Shown: piece after piece, positions 62,801-64,000 of the stretch
How positions within the stretch are numbered: position 1 is the stretch's first letter
Layout of the letters: every line of letters starts with the position of its first letter
Source of the DNA: Macrostomum hystrix
Taxonomy: Eukaryota > Animalia > Platyhelminthes
Assembly: GCA_950097015.1 (NCBI GenBank)
Contig: CATNEN010000025.1
Span: 4,278,001 to 4,342,000 of the forward strand
Length of the DNA: 64,000 nucleotides
Direction: 5' to 3'
Notes under the pieces: generated by a model
What the model was told of the DNA's origin: nothing
The model's database searches: none
The model's input: the letters and a program-made list of their open reading frames with translations, nothing else
Program-made: the position numbers and the translations under genes

Positions 62801-64000
62801 TTAATAACAGAAAGTCTGTAAACAGACGATTAACAATCGGTAAACAGACGATTACCAATCGGTAAACAGACGATTACCAATCGGTAAACAGACGATTACC
62901 AATCGGTAAACAGACGATTACCAATCGGTAAACAGACGATTACCAATCGGTAAACAGACGATTACCAATCGGTAAACAGACGATTACCAGTCAGTTAAAC
63001 AGACAATTACCAATCGGTAAACAGACAATTACCAGTCTGTTAAACAGACAATTACCAGTCTCTAAACACACAATTACCAGTCAGTTAAACAGACAATTAC
63101 CAATCGGTAAACAGACAATTACCAGTCTGTTAAACAGACAATTACCAGTCTCTAAACACACAATTACCAGTCTGTTAAACAGACGATTACCAATCGGTAA
63201 ACAGACAATTACCAACCTTTGAACAGACAATTACAAATCTGTTAAACAGACAATTACCAATCTGATAGACAGACGTAAAATCAATACCTTAAATAGACGA
63301 TAACCAATACACAAAACTAGATTCAATATAAATAAATATATATATATAAGATCAGAGTTCACTGCTGCTCACCTGAGCCCGGCGCATTACGGGCGCACTC
63401 CAAGGAATAGGCGACCACTTTTGCGCCGTTGTCTTCAGCAGGAGGCGACCAGCGCACAGACAGGCCGCTTTTAGTTCGCCCAAACTGTTGCGGCGGCGAG
63501 GGCGCGGCCGGGGCGCTGCACAGGGTGCAGAACGCCCTTGGCTGGGTAAATCTGCCACGCAGCGAGTCCACCTTAGCCAGAGCTTTGATGTGGTACTCGC
63601 GATTCGGCTTCAAATCTTGCAGGCTGATCTCCTCGGCCTGGCCGTCGAAGACGCGATTGTAGGCTGCGTCGGAGCCGGACTCTGAGAGATGAAGCTCGAA
63701 GTTCAGGCTGGGATAGAAGGCCTCGGGCAGACAGTCAGCTGACGGCGGGAACAGGTGAATTAAGGCACTTCTAAGCTGGATCTCCGATACCTGGGGCAGC
63801 TTGATGCTGGCTAGGGCCTGGCGCAGAGCCTCTTCGGTAATGTTGGCCTGCTGCAATAGGCTGCGCAGATCCGGTTGCGAGTCGGCGACAGCGGAGACTG
63901 CAGCTTCGTTTGTTGATGCTGTCGAGGATGGCGTTGACGAGGTGGGTGCAGTCGACGGGACCTGCTGGGACCCTCGCTGCTGCTGCTGCTGCTGCTGCTG
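53856..64000 (-). CDS. FNDC3: Fibronectin type III domain-containing protein 3 (FNDC3/mtgo-like), 5'-partial; exons >64000-63373, 62125-61575, 61348-60968, 59230-58946, 58049-57975, 57797-57540, 57163-56990, 54709-54377, 54245-53856
   Basis: Tandem FN3 repeats (W-PP-D-GG, Y-FR--A-N--G-G--S) and a C-terminal tail anchor EQRLAAALLVAFAFAAIVVSLLL. Consistent GT-AG phases. Confidence 0.9.
55762..57007 (-). repeat. 43-bp repeat, ~29 copies, made of the last ~18 nt of a FNDC3 exon plus its splice donor
   Basis: Unit on the coding strand GGGATGCTGCAATA[C/T]CAG|GTGAGGCAGTT[C/T]AGGTGGCAGCGGT; the first donor is at 56989. Confidence 0.95.
59520..60622. repeat. 17-bp minisatellite (ATCCCTATACATTCAC[A/G])n in FNDC3 intron
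   Basis: Directly visible. Confidence 0.95.
61360..61520. repeat. ~63-bp duplication (~2.5 copies) next to a FNDC3 splice acceptor
   Basis: GATGCGGGATTATCTCGAAGGG occurs three times. Confidence 0.85.
62150..62345. repeat. 20-bp minisatellite (AGGATTTGAGTCGCTAGAGA)n in FNDC3 intron
   Basis: Directly visible. Confidence 0.93.
62815..63265. repeat. 22-bp minisatellite (AAACAGACGATTACCAATCGGT)n in FNDC3 intron
   Basis: Directly visible. Confidence 0.93.

Overview
Eukaryotic (metazoan) genomic DNA with GC-rich exons and AT-rich, minisatellite-filled introns. The style suggests an invertebrate such as a free-living flatworm, which is a weak inference. Host genes reconstructed by eye from protein motifs and GT-AG boundaries: an intronless PPPDE/DeSI2-like peptidase (-), 6-phosphogluconate dehydrogenase (-, at least 6 exons), mitochondrial ribosomal protein L20 (+, 3 exons), Daxx (+, 3 exons), a class A peptide-type GPCR (+, 2 exons, 7.5-kb intron) and the 3' part of FNDC3 (-, 9 exons, running off the right edge). 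About a third of the window (hand estimate ~21 kb) is tandem repeat, and most long ORFs in the ORF track are repeat artefacts. Mobile DNA includes a PIF1/Helitron helicase fragment, a mariner relic, three tRNA-derived SINE copies, two copies of a hAT MITE carrying a 16-bp satellite, and foldback elements. The standout is a ~9.65-kb element (1813-11460) inserted precisely into an 18-bp satellite. It is bounded by a 4-bp direct repeat (CCCC) and 15-bp inverted arms that would rejoin as a loxP/dif-like site on a circle. It encodes a tyrosine recombinase with apparently intact R-K-R-H-Y residues, preceded by two CHHC(Gtsf1)-like fingers and a C2H2 finger. A PWWP chromatin-reader domain follows and joins the ORF by a one-base shift in an A9 run. 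The element also carries a nested array of TGACGCGTCA palindromes. No database searches were run; all family assignments come from recognised motifs.
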